A DNA stretch of 64,000 nucleotides from Prorocentrum cordatum (lineage: Eukaryota), in NCBI GenBank assembly GCA_963575745.1, contig CAUYUJ010000002.1:62001-126000 (forward strand), read 5' to 3'. Under the pieces are notes generated by a model. It worked only from the letters and a program-made list of their open reading frames with translations, was not told the DNA's origin and made no database searches. Made by a program: the position numbers and the translations under genes. Position 1 is the stretch's first letter, and the number at the start of each line of letters is the position of its first letter. This document shows positions 10,258 through 23,900 of this stretch, in pieces.

Positions 10258-11850
10258 AATCTCCTCCTCCTCCACTGTCACCTCCTCCTCCTCCCCCTCC
10301 TCCTCCTCCTCCTCCTCGTCCTCGTCGTCCTCCTCCCTCCTCTTGGAGCATCCCCGGCCTTGCCCGCGCGGTGCAGCCACGGCCTCCGGGCCCGCCCCCC
10401 CCGACCGCGGACACACCGCCGCGCCGCGCCGAGCGCGGCCTGCGCCCCACGGGCCCCGCGATCCGACGCCCCGGCTGTGGCCCTCCGCGCCCCCGCGCCC
10501 GCGGCCCTCCCCGGTGCCCCGCCTCCGCTCCTCCTCCTCCTCCTCCTCCTCCTCCTCCTCCTCCTCCTCCTCCTCCTCCTCTCCTCTCCTCCTCCCTCCT
10601 CCTCCTCTCCTCCCCCTCCTCCTCCTCTCTCCCCCCTCCGTCCCTCCTCCTCCTCCCTCCTCCTCCCTCCTCTCCTTCCTCCCCCCTCCTCCTCCTCCTC
10701 TCCTCTCCTCTCCTCCTCCTCCTCCTCCTCCTCCTCCTCCTCCTCCTCCTCCTCCTCCTCCTCCTCCTCCCCCTTCCCTCGGCGGCACCTCCGCCCCCTT
10801 CCCCGCGGGCGCCCTCCCGCCCCGCGCCCGTCCGTCGCCCACCGGCCGCAGTCGATGCCCACCCCCGGCGTGCAGCATCCGCGGCGCTGCCTCGCCGCCC
10901 TCGCTCTGCTCCGCGACCCGCGCCCGCCCGTTCTCGGCCCCGAGTTCCCGCGCCGCTCTCTGGCCGTCGCCCGCTCCTCACCCGCTTGCCCAGCGCCGAG
11001 CTGTCCCCGATCAACACGTCTGGCAGGTCCGAGGTGGTTGCAATCGTGGGGATGCGCCATCAGAAGCTGCAGGAGCAGGAGAAGGTCGGCAGCGAGATTA
11101 TAAGCGATGCCAATCCTAGGGGCAGGGATGTGTGTCCAGGCTGGTGAAAGGGGGAGAAAAACAACACAGACATACACTTTCGGAGGTCCGCGAGGACTTG
11201 GATCGGCGCTGTTTGCGCAAGGGGCGGCGCCCCAGGCGCCGCCAGGCCCAACGCCGCTCCAAAAAAACCGCAGGGACATCCGAAAAATTATGTGTATGCC
11301 GTTTGTTGTCCTTCGACGGTACATCGAAGCCGTCATGGGAGGGGCTCGTCTGGTCGGGCAAGGAGCCCGATGCACAGACGCCCCAGCTTCCCTGCCTGTG
11401 GGACGCTGGAGCGCCTATACACCGAATCCCTTCGCCGAATTCCCTGGCTCCAGGGCCGCCCAAGCGACGTGGTGTGTCCGATGAGATGGGGTCGGAGCAT
11501 CGCGCCGCACCCCCAAAGCATCGCCGATGCATTCACGACGCATTGGCGACGTTGGCGATGCATCGGCGAAGCCAGGGTGGGGACAATCGGGCTCCACAGC
11601 GGGCCGCATCGCCGATGCACTGGTGACGCGGCGCGGTCCTCCGACCCCATCTACTCGAACCCCAGGCCCGGACTCCAACATCGCCTGTCCACGGCGCCCG
11701 CCAGATGCGCATCCCCCCGCAGGGCTGCAACGCCCTGGAGCTTTGCCGTGGGTGCCCCGACGACGAGCTCCAGGGATGCCCGTAGCCAGTCTCCCGAGGC
11801 GCCAGGGGCCTGGGCCTTGCGCCGCGCGTCGGCATCCCCCCCAAGCGCGC

Positions 11851-11920
11851 CTTCGAAGATCTCCGGCGGCCAATAGTTCGGCGTGCCGCAGGTCGTCTTC
11901 AGCGCCTGCTCAACCAGCAC
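11851..11920 (-). CDS. Kinase exon, activation segment (VLVEQALKTTCGTPNYWPPEIFEG)
   Basis: TTCGTxxYxPPE motif, CAG|G acceptor, AAG|GC donor. Confidence 0.93.
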
Positions 11921-14900
11921 CTGGGCACGAAGAACGCGCGGCCAGATTCCCGAGAGTGGAATAAAGGGTCAGAGATTGAGGCAGGCTGACGCGAGAATCG
12001 CAAACACCAAATGCGCCAGTGCACGACAACTGTTTGCCCTGACCGACATGTATAGGAAGCCGGCGCTCCAAAAGCCACGCGTAGTTCGAGAGCCTCGAGA
12101 ACAAAGACGATAGACGATCTTGGGTGCAAACGCTTGTGAATAAAAACGACGTGCTGTAACAATGGCTACGCACAACAAGCTCATACCCAAGACTAGATTT
12201 GATGAAGCAGAACCGTCTGCACCTAAAGATCCCATTCAAGTCTGGAAGCAGAGCATCAATGCAAAATACAGTAGCTCCCAAACCTGGCACCAAGTTGATT
12301 ACATAACGAAGCGAACGAATACACGCAGAGCTACTGCAACCAAGCGAATTGCATGCTTTCCACCATTATACCATATTAGCGGGGCGAAGTGGGGATAACA
12401 CATCAGGGGAATAAGCGCGCGACGGCATGCAATGCAGAGGATCGCGCATCGTTGCCACGAGCTTTTCGATACGCGCCGTCTACCCAAGCTCGAGCTTCCT
12501 CTCCAAGGCATGCAAAAATCAACGATTGGCCCCGCCCCAGTCTTGCCTCTCTATGGGTCTGACCTGGCTTGTGGCAGCAAGAAAGGAATGAAGGCATGCC
12601 GCACCTCTGCGCTCCAGCCGAAGTCGCAGATGCGGACCTCCAGTGTAAGCACGCGTCCCAGAGGATATCCAAACAATGCGAGGAAAAGAGGCATGGCCTC
12701 AGGGTAAGGACGAGCTGGGATCGGTATTTTGCAGCGTTCGGGTCGAGAGGGGAGATGACGAGACGATGGGGAGAGAGCCAAGCACCTGACACTCTTCATG
12801 CAGATCGGCTGACACAGCGAAGAGTTCACATGACCTCCAACAGGGAGGTGCCCAAGCACGGGTCGGGCTGGAACTGCGACCGGAGGATGATACAGTCGGG
12901 CCTAGGACAGAAACACATCCTTCGAAAACATGAAACCCTCCGCTGGCCAAAACGAAGAGCACTCGAGCGTACCCTCCCCCAGGATGCACAAGAACATCTA
13001 ACAGGCACGAAGAACATGAGGGCACCCTCCCCGAACCGACCTCGATCGTATACCTCGGTCCGACTGTACTGTGAGCAGCGCCCACGCTTCCAGCTGGTCC
13101 AGAGCGTTGTCTGTCGCGGCCGCGAGGCTCGAAGGCTGCGCTCCCACCGCCGAGGCGGCGCCGCAGGCTGCGGGAGCGGCATCGGAGGGCGCGCCTCGTC
13201 GGCAGTGCTCGACGCCACGAACGGCCCGAGAGCCCGTCGACACGCATGCCAACAGAGGCCACCTGAACACCAAAGGCACCCGCTGGCCGGCCACACGACA
13301 GGTGCCTGCCCCACTGGCGCAGGCCGCGAGGGGCCGCCGCACCGCGCGCGAAGTCCCCCATACACGCTCGGAGCGCGGCGCCCTCCTCCCCGACCGCCCT
13401 CCGCCTCTCTCCGCCTCCTCCTCCTCCTCCTCCTCCTCCTCCTCCTCCTCCTCCTCCTCCTCCTCCTCCTCCCCTCCTCCTCCTCCTCCTCCTCCTCCTC
13501 CTCCTCCTCTCCTCCTACTCCTCCTCTCCTCCTCCTCCTCTCCTACCTCCTCCTCCTCCTCCTCCTCTCTCCTCCTCCTCTCTCCTCCTCCTCCTCCTCC
13601 TCCTCCTCCTCCTCCTCCTCCTCCTCCTCCTCCTCCTCCTCCTCCTCCTCCTCCCACCTCCTCCTTCCTCAATTCCTCCTCTTCCTCAATTCCTCCTCCT
13701 CCTCCTCCTCCTCCCTCACTCCTCCTCCTCCTCCTCCTCCTCCTCCTCCTCCTCCTCCTCCTCCTCCTCCTCCTCCTCCTCCTCCTCCTCCTCCTCCTCC
13801 TCCTCCTCCTCCTCCTCCTCGTCTGAACACTGCTGAACCGTTTCCCATCCCCGCTGGCATGGCCTTAGCCCCACTGGCCGTCTACCCCCCCCCCTATGGC
13901 GCTCGTTTCGGGCCTCGCAGGACCTAGCCCCACCTGGGGGATGGGGGATGGGGATCGGTGAGACGATGCTGAACGCCACCGCTGACAAGAAAGTCTCAAC
14001 GGAGTGGGTTCCGGTCCCCGTGCCACGAAGGCCGCTCCGCCTGAAGCGAGCCCGACCCCTCCCGCCCCGGATCTCCCCCAAAGCCGCTGACGCCCGCGCC
14101 GATGCTGGCGCCACGCCGAGACGGAGTGAGCCGAGCCGCGCGCAGGGAGGAGGGGGCACAGGACAGGACAGGAAAGGGAAAGGCGCGGAGGAGGAAATGA
14201 GGGGGGAAGGAGAGGGAGGGGATGAGGCAGAGGAACGCGAAGGGGGAGGAGGGCCTTTGGCGCCCCTCGGCCGCGGCAGGCTGCTCACTTGCCACGGGCC
14301 GCTCACCGCTTTCAAAACACAAGCACACCAGCAAAGGGAGCGCTGGATGAACAGACGCGGTGGCGAATCAGCATCGGAATGTGGGGACACCAACAGGCAC
14401 CGATACCGCTACTCCGCGGACCTCTCCTGGGGTGCGTTCTGACAAGGACCTCACGGCGAATGCAGCGTTGGGGACGAGGGCCGCCCAGGAGGCCCAAAAA
14501 GGGGAAAACGAGGCGAGGATACACGTCGTGTATTTCTAATCGTGCTCATGTATAATCGTGTTCGTTTCTGATTGTTCCTGGAACCCTGGTGGCCACGAAG
14601 AGGCCCAGGACAGCACAATCAGAAAGGATCCTGGCCCACCACAAAATCACAGAACCTTCGAAGAGCCAGAAATGATCAATGTGCATCCCTCGAGATGGGC
14701 GCCGAAGCCGATGGGCCCCCTGGGTGGGTGACGGGCTGCACGCACGAGTGGCCCTGCGCAGAGGAGGAGGAGGAGGAGGAGGAGGAGGAGGAGGAGGAGA
14801 GGGAGGAGGAGGAGGAGGGAGGAGGAGGAGGAGGCGGAGGAGGAGGAGAGGAGCAGGAGCAGAGAGGAGGAGAAGGAAGGAGAGGAGTAGGAGGAGAAAG

Positions 14901-17900
14901 AGGAGGAGGAGGAGGAGGAGGAGGAGGAGGAGGAGGAGGAGGAGGAAGAGGAGGAGGAGGAGGGAGGAGGGGGAGGAGGGGGAGGAGGGAGGAGGAGGAG
15001 GAGGAGAAGGAGGAGGGGAAGGAGGAGGAGGAGGAGGAGGAGGAGGAGGAGGAGGAAGAGGAGGAGGAGGGAGGAGGAGCAGGAGGAGGAGAAGGGAGAC
15101 TGTCATGAGTGTCATAAATCCAAGAAGTGAACGGCGAGCGAGGCTCAACCGTCACCCTCGGCCTCCCAGACAGGAGGAAGGGGCCCGCAGGCGCCAGCAC
15201 CGACGGTCAGGGGAAACGAAGGTACCTCGTCGCTCAACGACTCGCTGCCCAACCGAGACGGCGTGGTGCGTAGGGGGACAGCCGGTTCACCGCGTCACCG
15301 CGCAGTACTTCCTGACCGTCACCCCTGCCGAATCGGATGGCATGTGCAACTGGGTTTGTACCCCAGGGTGAGCGGACATAAGGTCCCAAGGGACTTACGG
15401 ACCACATGGCCCCGCCTCTCAACCAAATGCACACTCCCCGTGCCTGATACCCATCTCCAGGTCACGGGCGCAGCTAACGCGCCGCTGCCACGGGCAAAGT
15501 GCCACGTGGCTGGTGCAAAGACGACGAAAGCCGGTTTATCTGCCCCCAGCCGCCGCATGCAATTGACACTGACAGTGTGCCCCGAGGAGTGCGTGGTGCT
15601 GACACCATGCGAACGGGTGCCAGGCCCCCGCCCTCGGGGCAAGGAGGAGGAGGAGGAGGAGAAGGAGGAGGAGGAGGAGGAGGAGGAGGAGGAGGAGGAG
15701 GAGGAGGAGGGGGGGTCTGGGCGCCCCTCCCTCCTCCGAGCACGTGCGCGGACGGCGCGGCACGCGGGCGCGGCACGGCACGCGCGCGGCACGGGCCTGT
15801 GGAGCGCGGGCGGGCGCGCCGCCCCACGCGGCGGGGCGGCGGGGGCCTCGCCGGCGGATGCCCTCGGAAATCCTCCTTGACCTCCTCCTCCCTCCCTCCT
15901 CCTCCTCCCTCCTCCTCCTCCACCCTCCCACCTCCCTCCTCCTCCTCCTCTCCCCTCTCCCTCCTCCTCCTCCTCCTCCTCCTTCCTCCTCTCCTCCTCT
16001 CCTCCTCCTCCTCCTCCTCACACCTCCTCCTCCGTCTCCTCCTCCTCCTCCTCCTCCTCCTCCCATTCTCAATCCTCCTCCTCCTCCTCCCTCCTCCTCC
16101 TCCTCCTCCTCCTCCTCCTCCTCCTCCTCCTCTTCCTCAATTCCTCCGCCTCCTCCTCCTCCCCCCTCTTGCCCGCTCCTGGCGGCGCAGTGCAGCAGAG
16201 GGACAGCAGAGCCGAGCACAAGGAGACTCACGGTGAGCTGGCGCGGGCGCCCTCGGTGCTCTGCACATCGCTCCCGTCCACTGCTTCTGCACCACACTGC
16301 CTCAAGTCATGCGACCAGCGATTAAACGAATAGCTATTTCTCGTCTGGGTCGCTGGCTGCGGCGGCCTCGACGGCGGCGACGACGGTGAGGAACTGGGAA
16401 TATCCTTTTAATCGACCACTTCCCAATTGGGCGCGCTGCGACCCCCCCGGCATGTCTGAACCGCTTGGCCACATTAATCCTTAGCACGGCCATCCCATCG
16501 TGACGATGGTCTGCGGGACGGGGCCTCGTCAGTGTGGGTGAGCAATATGTTGTCAGGCTTCAGGTCCCGGTGCACGCACCCGCGCTGATGGATGAAGTCG
16601 AGGCCCATCACAATCTGGGCAAAATACCGCGACGCCTCCCAATGCTTCGCACGAAGCGCCACGGAACGCCATGATTCGCATGCCCTGCGACCGGATACCG
16701 TGTCGCTCCGCTCCGCGAGATGGGAGACTGGAAATAAGATGAGATGTTGACGCTGGGGGACTGGGAAGTGATTAGCGTGTCGCCCCGAAGCGTGGGCTAA
16801 CACCAGCGTGGCGACACGCTGAGGCAAAGTTCCTGACCGCAAGTGCTTTGAAACTTGCACTAAGTAGAACCATCAGCAAACAGGCGCCATGAGGCTTCTC
16901 GGACACAACGTCAACGCCAAACACATGTTTCTTCGAACTTGCAACTGGCACGACACACTCGAAATCGGCATTATCTGATACACGCTCTAACCCGTGATGC
17001 ATCCCAATCTATGTGCAACCTCGCACTGTGCACACTTCTTTGCGAAATGCGAAACATGTAGGCTCAATCCACACATCCTTGGAGCGAAAGGCAAGGGGGG
17101 CGGCTGCAGGAGGGGGAGAGGGGGATAGAGCAAGGAAGCACAGGGAGTGGCAGGACGTGGGGAAGGATGTTTTGGACCACAGTGGGAGCTGACGGGGTGC
17201 AGACGCTCCTGCGCCGCACCTCTGGGGGACCTCCCCTGCCCCCCCCATCGAGCAGAGCTGCCCTGCGCCGCACCCGAGGCCCTCCGAGGCTGCCCGGAGC
17301 TGCTTCCTTTCATGCGGTGGTCCGAGACTTCCTGAGGCCTCCTGGATGCCGCGCAAGGCGATCCACAGGGTCACCCAACTTCGCGCTTCGCGCCGCGCAA
17401 AGTCGGCCGAGGAGGGCGGGGAGGGGGAGGGGGAAGAGGAGGAGGAGGAGGAGGAGGAGGAGGAGGAGGAGGAGGAGGAGGAGGGCCGAGGGGAGGAGGA
17501 GGTCGAAGGAGATGAGGAGGAGGAGGAGGAGGAGGATGAGGGGGGGGGAGGAGGAGGCGGGCGAAGGAGGAGGGAGAGGGAGGGGGAGGAGGAGGAGGAG
17601 GAGGAGGAGGAGGAGGAGGAGGAGGAGGAGGGAGGAGAGGAGGAGGGGAGCGAAGAAGGAGGGGAGGAGGGGGAGAGGAGGGGACCGTGGACGTGGGCCC
17701 CGCCACGAGGGGCCATGGGGCACAACTGTGGGGACGAGGCTGGACCACCACAGGTACACCCATACATGTTGGCGGCGCGCACACGGAGGGCAGGGGGAGG
17801 AGGGGGAAGACTTTTGGAAGAAGGCTCTCCTTAGAAGGCGCGGCTATAGATGTAAGGCCCCTCCCCCCGGTAAGGCCCGCGGCCTTCTAAGGAGGAGGAG

Positions 17901-20900
17901 GAGGAGGAGGAGGAGGAGGAGGAGGAGGAGGAGGTTGCGAAAGGAGGGGTCGGAGGGTGAAGAAGGGAGGGTGGACGGGGGAGGAGGGAGGAGGAGGGGA
18001 GGAGGCAGGAGGGGAGGAGGAGGAGGAGGAGGAGGAAGGAGGAGGAGGAGGGAGGAGGCAGAGAGGAGCCGGGGTGGGGGGGGGCCGTTTTAGTGGGGGC
18101 CGGGGGCGGGGGGGGGGGCGAAGAAGCCTTCCCCCCTCCCCCTGCCTCCCCTTGGCGCGTGGCCGACCCATCGCGGGCCGGAGGCCCTCTGCTTCACGGG
18201 GGGGGGGCGGCGGCCCCAGTCCCCGACTCTGGAGGAGCTTCGACTGGGGAGCACAGAGTGGAGCCCAGCTCGGGGATGTGCGGTGGGGGGGGGGGGGACG
18301 TCCGTTCCGTTCTCGATGGGGGCACGTCCGGATGGATCCCTCGGTGCGCATCCCCGAGTTCCCCAGGCTTCTCGGCTGCTCGTCTCCGTGGCGGGGGCCC
18401 GGGGATCGGGGGGGGGGGCGAGAACTCGCCCGCGAGTCTTGCCCCCCCGGCGTCGGAGCAGCCTGGGGAGCCCGCAGGAGGCAAGAAGCGGGAGCACGGC
18501 GCCATGCGCCCATTCCCCCCCCCCCGCGCGGGCGTGAACTGATCCAGCTCCGCGCAGACCCAGCTCAGCCAATGCAGCAAAAACTGCGCCGCAAGTTGTC
18601 GAGGGCTTCCCGAGCCCCGCTCAGTGAAGTATGCAAGGCCTCCTCCAGGGCCGCAGGCGGCTCCTGAACCCAGCTCAGCCGAAGTCTGGTTTTCGCAGGA
18701 TCCTGCAAGATCCGGCGCTCTGGCCGAGTGCCGTCTGCGCTAAACCCTGTTGTCGGCGGCGAAGATAACGGCGAATAGCCCAGGGGCGGGCATTACACGT
18801 ATTTGCCCGGGAGCCTTGTCGAAGACATAGATTATCGGCGCCACTGGATACATGTATCGCTCTCCCGTGGGCTATTCACCCCTATCGTCATCTCTGACGT
18901 TGCCTGCCAGCTGGCTGCCCCCTCCCCCCGTCCAGCTGTTCCGGCAGCCGGAGCATCGGGAAGTTCGCGGTCAAGGCTCTCAAGGACCCACGCGCACAGT
19001 ACTCCAGCATCATGTACCTTCAGACATCCGCTCGCATCTCGCATCGGGTCTGCGCATCACCATCGCGGAGGGGCTACATACTTCCGCGAATCCCGGTTGC
19101 TGCGAAACGCGGTAACGCGACAAAGGGAAGATGCTCGAGGAACTCGCCAGCCCAGGGGGCCTGGGACTTCAAACGCCCCACGCAGACGCACGCGGGCTTC
19201 TGACTGCCTTGTTGTTGGGTAGTTGCGCACGCGCTCGTGTGGCTGCCGGCGGAGGCCACCTCCTGAGCACTAGCGTCTGGTTCTCCCTAAAGTGTGGCAG
19301 GAATTATGATGCCCCCCATCGAAAAGACGGGGAACTGATGAAGACTGCCCCGAAAGCTTGCAAGTAGTTATGGCACCAATATTGCCCCAGCACGCCCCGA
19401 AACTGCTCGAGGTTGCGACCGAACAGCCCAAGATAACCAAACTATGGCCAACATGATATGGTTTAACCCGGGAGACCTCCGAACGAGCCAAGCAGAGGCA
19501 AACATTGTTGAAAAGCTATGAGAGGCCCGAAAGCCAGCGACAGCCCCGGAGACGCGCTATGCTCAACGAGGGGATCGCGTGTTGCTCCGCTCTGTGGATC
19601 GGGGGGCTGGGATCAACTCGAGACGTTGCCTTTTGGTGACCAGGTCGTGGATAGCGTATCGCGGCGAAGCGTGGTGGGCGAGAACCAGAGGGAAGTTCCG
19701 GCCGTGTGATAAGCCGCCCGCATCTGTTTCTCGAGCGCCTTCGAACCATACTGATGCGCGTCCCCCCCTCCCCATCGACGTTTAGAACCTGCAGGTGATC
19801 CGAATATCGATTGGCAACCTCGCCACATTAACACATGCAGTCGCGTGTGCAAGCCACACCACGCAACGACACGCCGACCTCGTCTGCTACCCGAACAACT
19901 ACACACAGACTCAGCCTCCTCGACAACCAGGCGTTCTGCCCGCAGCTACCGCGCCGCCAGCGCGACACGCCAACCAGAAACTCCCGAACATAGAAAGACC
20001 TCCTCGGCGTGGCGAGGCGGCCGTGACCCGCACGCCGACAGCAGGGCGCAGGGCGCAGCCTACACAGCGCAGCCTCTGCGAGCTGCGCACGAACGCTACG
20101 AATGATCGATCACCCAAGCGCAGGGGCCCTCGGGCCAGTGCGACGCACGGTTTTTTTTTGTTCCTCTTTTCCCTAAGCAGCTTGCCTGCAAGGGGTCTGC
20201 TCTAGACGCCCCGTGAAGGACGCGGGGCCCGCCCGAAGTCGGGGGCCCGCTGCCCCCCCCCCCCCCAGCGCTGCCCCCCGCTGTTGCCCCCCATCGCTGC
20301 TGCCCACTTGGGGGGGGCCCGCCGAGGTTTCGCCGCGTCGCCGCCCGCGGCCGCCACGTGGCCGCCTCCTTGCCGCCCGCTTGGGGGGTCCGCCGAAGCT
20401 TTGCCACGTCGCCGCCCGTCGCCGCCTCGATGCCCGCTGGGGGTCCTCATCGCGACAGTCACCACACAGCGCACACGCCACAAAGCGAAAATTACACAGC
20501 CTGGCTGAGGCCACGCAGCTCACACCACGCAGCTTACGCCACGTAGCTCACACCACATGGCATACTTCGGCAGCTCGCCCCTTACACAACGCAGCGTACG
20601 CCACACAGCGTACACAGCATAGCTCTGACGACAAGACTCAACTCGCATAGCTCGCACAACATAGCTCCCACGACATAGCTGACACATCACATCTTACACA
20701 TCGTAGCTCGCACCACATAGCTCACAGTATGACGTAGCTCCCACCTCCACAGTGCAAAAGGGGAAGCTGGAAATCACGCACGCCGAGCGTTGCTCGCATG
20801 CTTGTCCAGTCCTGCACTGAATGAAAGGGCGGCAAGACGGGGAAAGGCAAACTGCCGCGCAAGTGAACCTGCCAACATCTAAATGAGAAAAGGCTCGCAT

Positions 20901-23900
20901 GATCCCAAAACTTCTCGACCACTTCCTCGGGGCCAACGCTTCATCCCGAGTTTCTCCCTGACTGTCCCAAGGCCTGAAGCCGCCTGAAACAGAGAACGGC
21001 CGCCTCGATGCGTTCGGGCCGTCAGATCTCGTGGACGCCCTGGAGTGGCCCAAGACCGCCCCGCGACGGCACAACGATGGGCCAAGAAGGCCGCAGCAAG
21101 CTGGTCGGGGTGTATCCCCTGTATCCTAAAGTCGCTAGGTCTCGCTGAACCCCTACTGCAATCTACGTATTCGCAGGAATTCATCCAAACTGAAATTCTG
21201 GACAATGACCCCGGGGAAAGCGGGGCCGCGTTGTTCAACCATGCTTTCATGCTGACGCGGCATTAGCGGGACGGGCATGCCCTAGTATGTATGTGACTGA
21301 GGTTCCCTCTCCACCACAACCACCACTTAGCCGCGCATCCAACAAGACGCGTGGGCGGAAGAAAGCGCGATTGGCACCTCTCAGGGTGAACCGCTTACAA
21401 ATAAAAGAAAACGGCGATCCCACTAAGTACGTATGTGGGCGGAGCTGAAACGGATAGGCCGGGAACCGACCAAACTCTCCATTGGAGTCCCCCGCAGGTC
21501 CCGGGAGACTATAGTCCAACTCTCACATATCTCCAGGGGTGCGATAAAGAGGACGAGACAATGATACGGATAATACAAAGAAACAAGAAAAGGACGCCGC
21601 AGGGGTTCTGCGTCAATTCGTACACCTGGAGGGCCCACTGCTGTCGCGGCCGTCCGCGTCGACGGAGTTCCACCACTTGCTTGGGGGTGCCGTTTACACA
21701 AGCATTGACGTACCAAAGATGAAGGTCCACTGGAAGCACTTCTGGAGTATAGCTTCCGTTGTCGCTCAAGTAGGAGTTGACATCGCGGCTTGGTGCCAGC
21801 TCGTTCCAAAACGTCTGAATTGCTTACTCGCGAATAGAAGGGATGTGGATTACCCAAGATGCGGCGCAGGCAGCGGCAGTGGAACGCGTCGGGCCTCGAT
21901 TTGTAAACCTTCAACTGCCTCAAGGAGTCGAGCAAGTAGAAACCTTGCTGAACACCGCGCTATCGAACACTTTGAACTTGCGCCTCCATCCAACAGCGGT
22001 GTGCGACCAAATCTTAGCAAGATTGATGAGGATGCCCTGCGCTTCCCCTGCTCGCCTGGTGCGTCCGGGTCCGACCCTGAAGCTTTCCAAACATTTGGCG
22101 GTGCCCCATCCGGCCCCAGAGCTTTGCCACGACGTAGCCGGCGTAGTGCTCCGCTAAGTTCTGTCATGATGAACGGACCCGTGTTGATAGGCAGCGCATC
22201 ACCTATTGGAGGCCGCGTTTCTGGGGCGTTCTGTGGAAATCGCACTTGCCATTGGACGTCCTCGAAGTAGTCGGCCAGAACATCTGCTCGAGCAGCTGTG
22301 TGTTGCCAGGGTCCCGTCTGGGCGCTGTATCGTCGCATGTTTGTTGCTTCGCGGTGTCCAGAGATGTCGAACTGCTTCCATTCCTCCCCATTTGTATAAG
22401 ATGCCCATGCCGTTCGTCAGGATCTTGAGCTCCAGATGTCCGGACTGCTTTCTGCAAGTGGTTATCTGCGTAGTGGTCCCCAGCTCTACGCGCCGCTCTT
22501 CTCTGCCAGATCACATCCAGAGTGCGCTGGCTTGTCCACGCCTGTTGAGGCACCGTCTCCCCCACAGGTAACGTTTCAGAGGCTTCTCCGAAACCACATT
22601 GAACCCAGCTGTTAAGAACATCTACAGAGTTAGCGTCATTTCCGACTGCGTTGCCGAAAGCCCAAAAAATGTTGACATTACCTTTGAGGGCCGCCTTGTC
22701 CTTGTGCTTCATCTTCCAGGGCTCGTGACGCTTGAAAGCCAGATTCGATTCAACAATGGTTCGGTAATGATGCGAGTTCAGAACGTCCAGTCGACTCGCC
22801 CAGGTATCCCGCAAAGTGTGCAACATACTGCGGTGGCAGAGCGCGTGATCCAGTTAAGCAGACTTGCGACCAGATCTGTCGTTATCTGTTGGCTCGACGC
22901 CCAAATCTCTATATGATACTTGCAGGATGTCGGGGTGGTCGTGGTATGGGTTCGCCAGTAACAAATCACAAGACGTACATGATTCCACTAAAAGGTTCTC
23001 TCTCCGCTCGTAATTGATCGCGAGCCTTACGCCCTGATCAGCGGGCTTACAAAGATGCCTGAACAAAAATCAGATGCCTCCAAGCGTAAGCTCCACGACC
23101 GTTACAGAACACCATGGCGTCCAGACTCCCATCGGCCTGGAGACCATCCGACGACGAGCACCCCCAAGCCCCGACGACAACGAACGACCCAGAACCGGCG
23201 GGAGCCATGCGCTAGGGCCGCAAGCCTGATAAGGACCCTCACGCACAGACGGTCCAAACACTTGGCCCTGGTGGCCCTACGAATCCCACACTTGCGACAT
23301 CCACACGCACGTCGCAGCTCCTCCTCCTCCTCGTCCTCCCTCTGATTCTTCCCCTCCTCCTCCTCCTCCTCCTCCTCCTCCTCCTCCTCCTCCTCCTCTT
23401 CCTCCTCCTCCTCCTCGGTGACGCGGAGGCGCGGCAAGCACACTGGACAGGTGCCCTCTCCTGCCCAACCGTCGCCCTCCCGGCCCCTTCTCGGAGAAGG
23501 AGCAGCAGCACCCCCCTTCACCCCCCCTCCTCCTCCTCGCCCACACCCCCCCCGCTCCTGCTCCTCCTTGTCCTCCTCCCTCGCTGCCCCCCATCCTCCT
23601 CCCTCCTCCTCCTCCTCCTCCTCCTCCTCCTCCTCCTCCTCCTCCTACCTCCTCCTCCTCCTCCTCCTCTCCTCCGTCCTCCTCCTCCCTTCTCTCCCTT
23701 CTCCTCCCTCCTCTCTCCTCCTCCTCCTCCTCCCTCCTCCTCCTCTCCTCCTCCTCCTCCTCCTCCTCCTCCTCTTCCTCCTCCTCCTCCTCGTGACGCC
23801 GGAGGCGGCGGCAAGCACACTGTACAGGTGCCCTCTCACTGCCAACCGTCGCCCTCCCACCGTCCCCTTCTCGGAGAAGGAGCAGCAGCACCCCTTCACC

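Noticed and set aside
11040..11116. GIAYNLAADL as the next kinase exon
   Set aside because: In the phase required after the TAG|G acceptor it reads GLASLIISLPTFSCSCSF*. The GIAYN frame lacks the conserved Trp and Gly.
10034..11375. Long ORFs in all frames (poly-P/S/L/E/R/G)
   Set aside because: They are translations of (TCC/GGA)n tracts in GC-rich DNA. The same applies to similar ORFs at 13-18, 23-28 and 38-44 kb.
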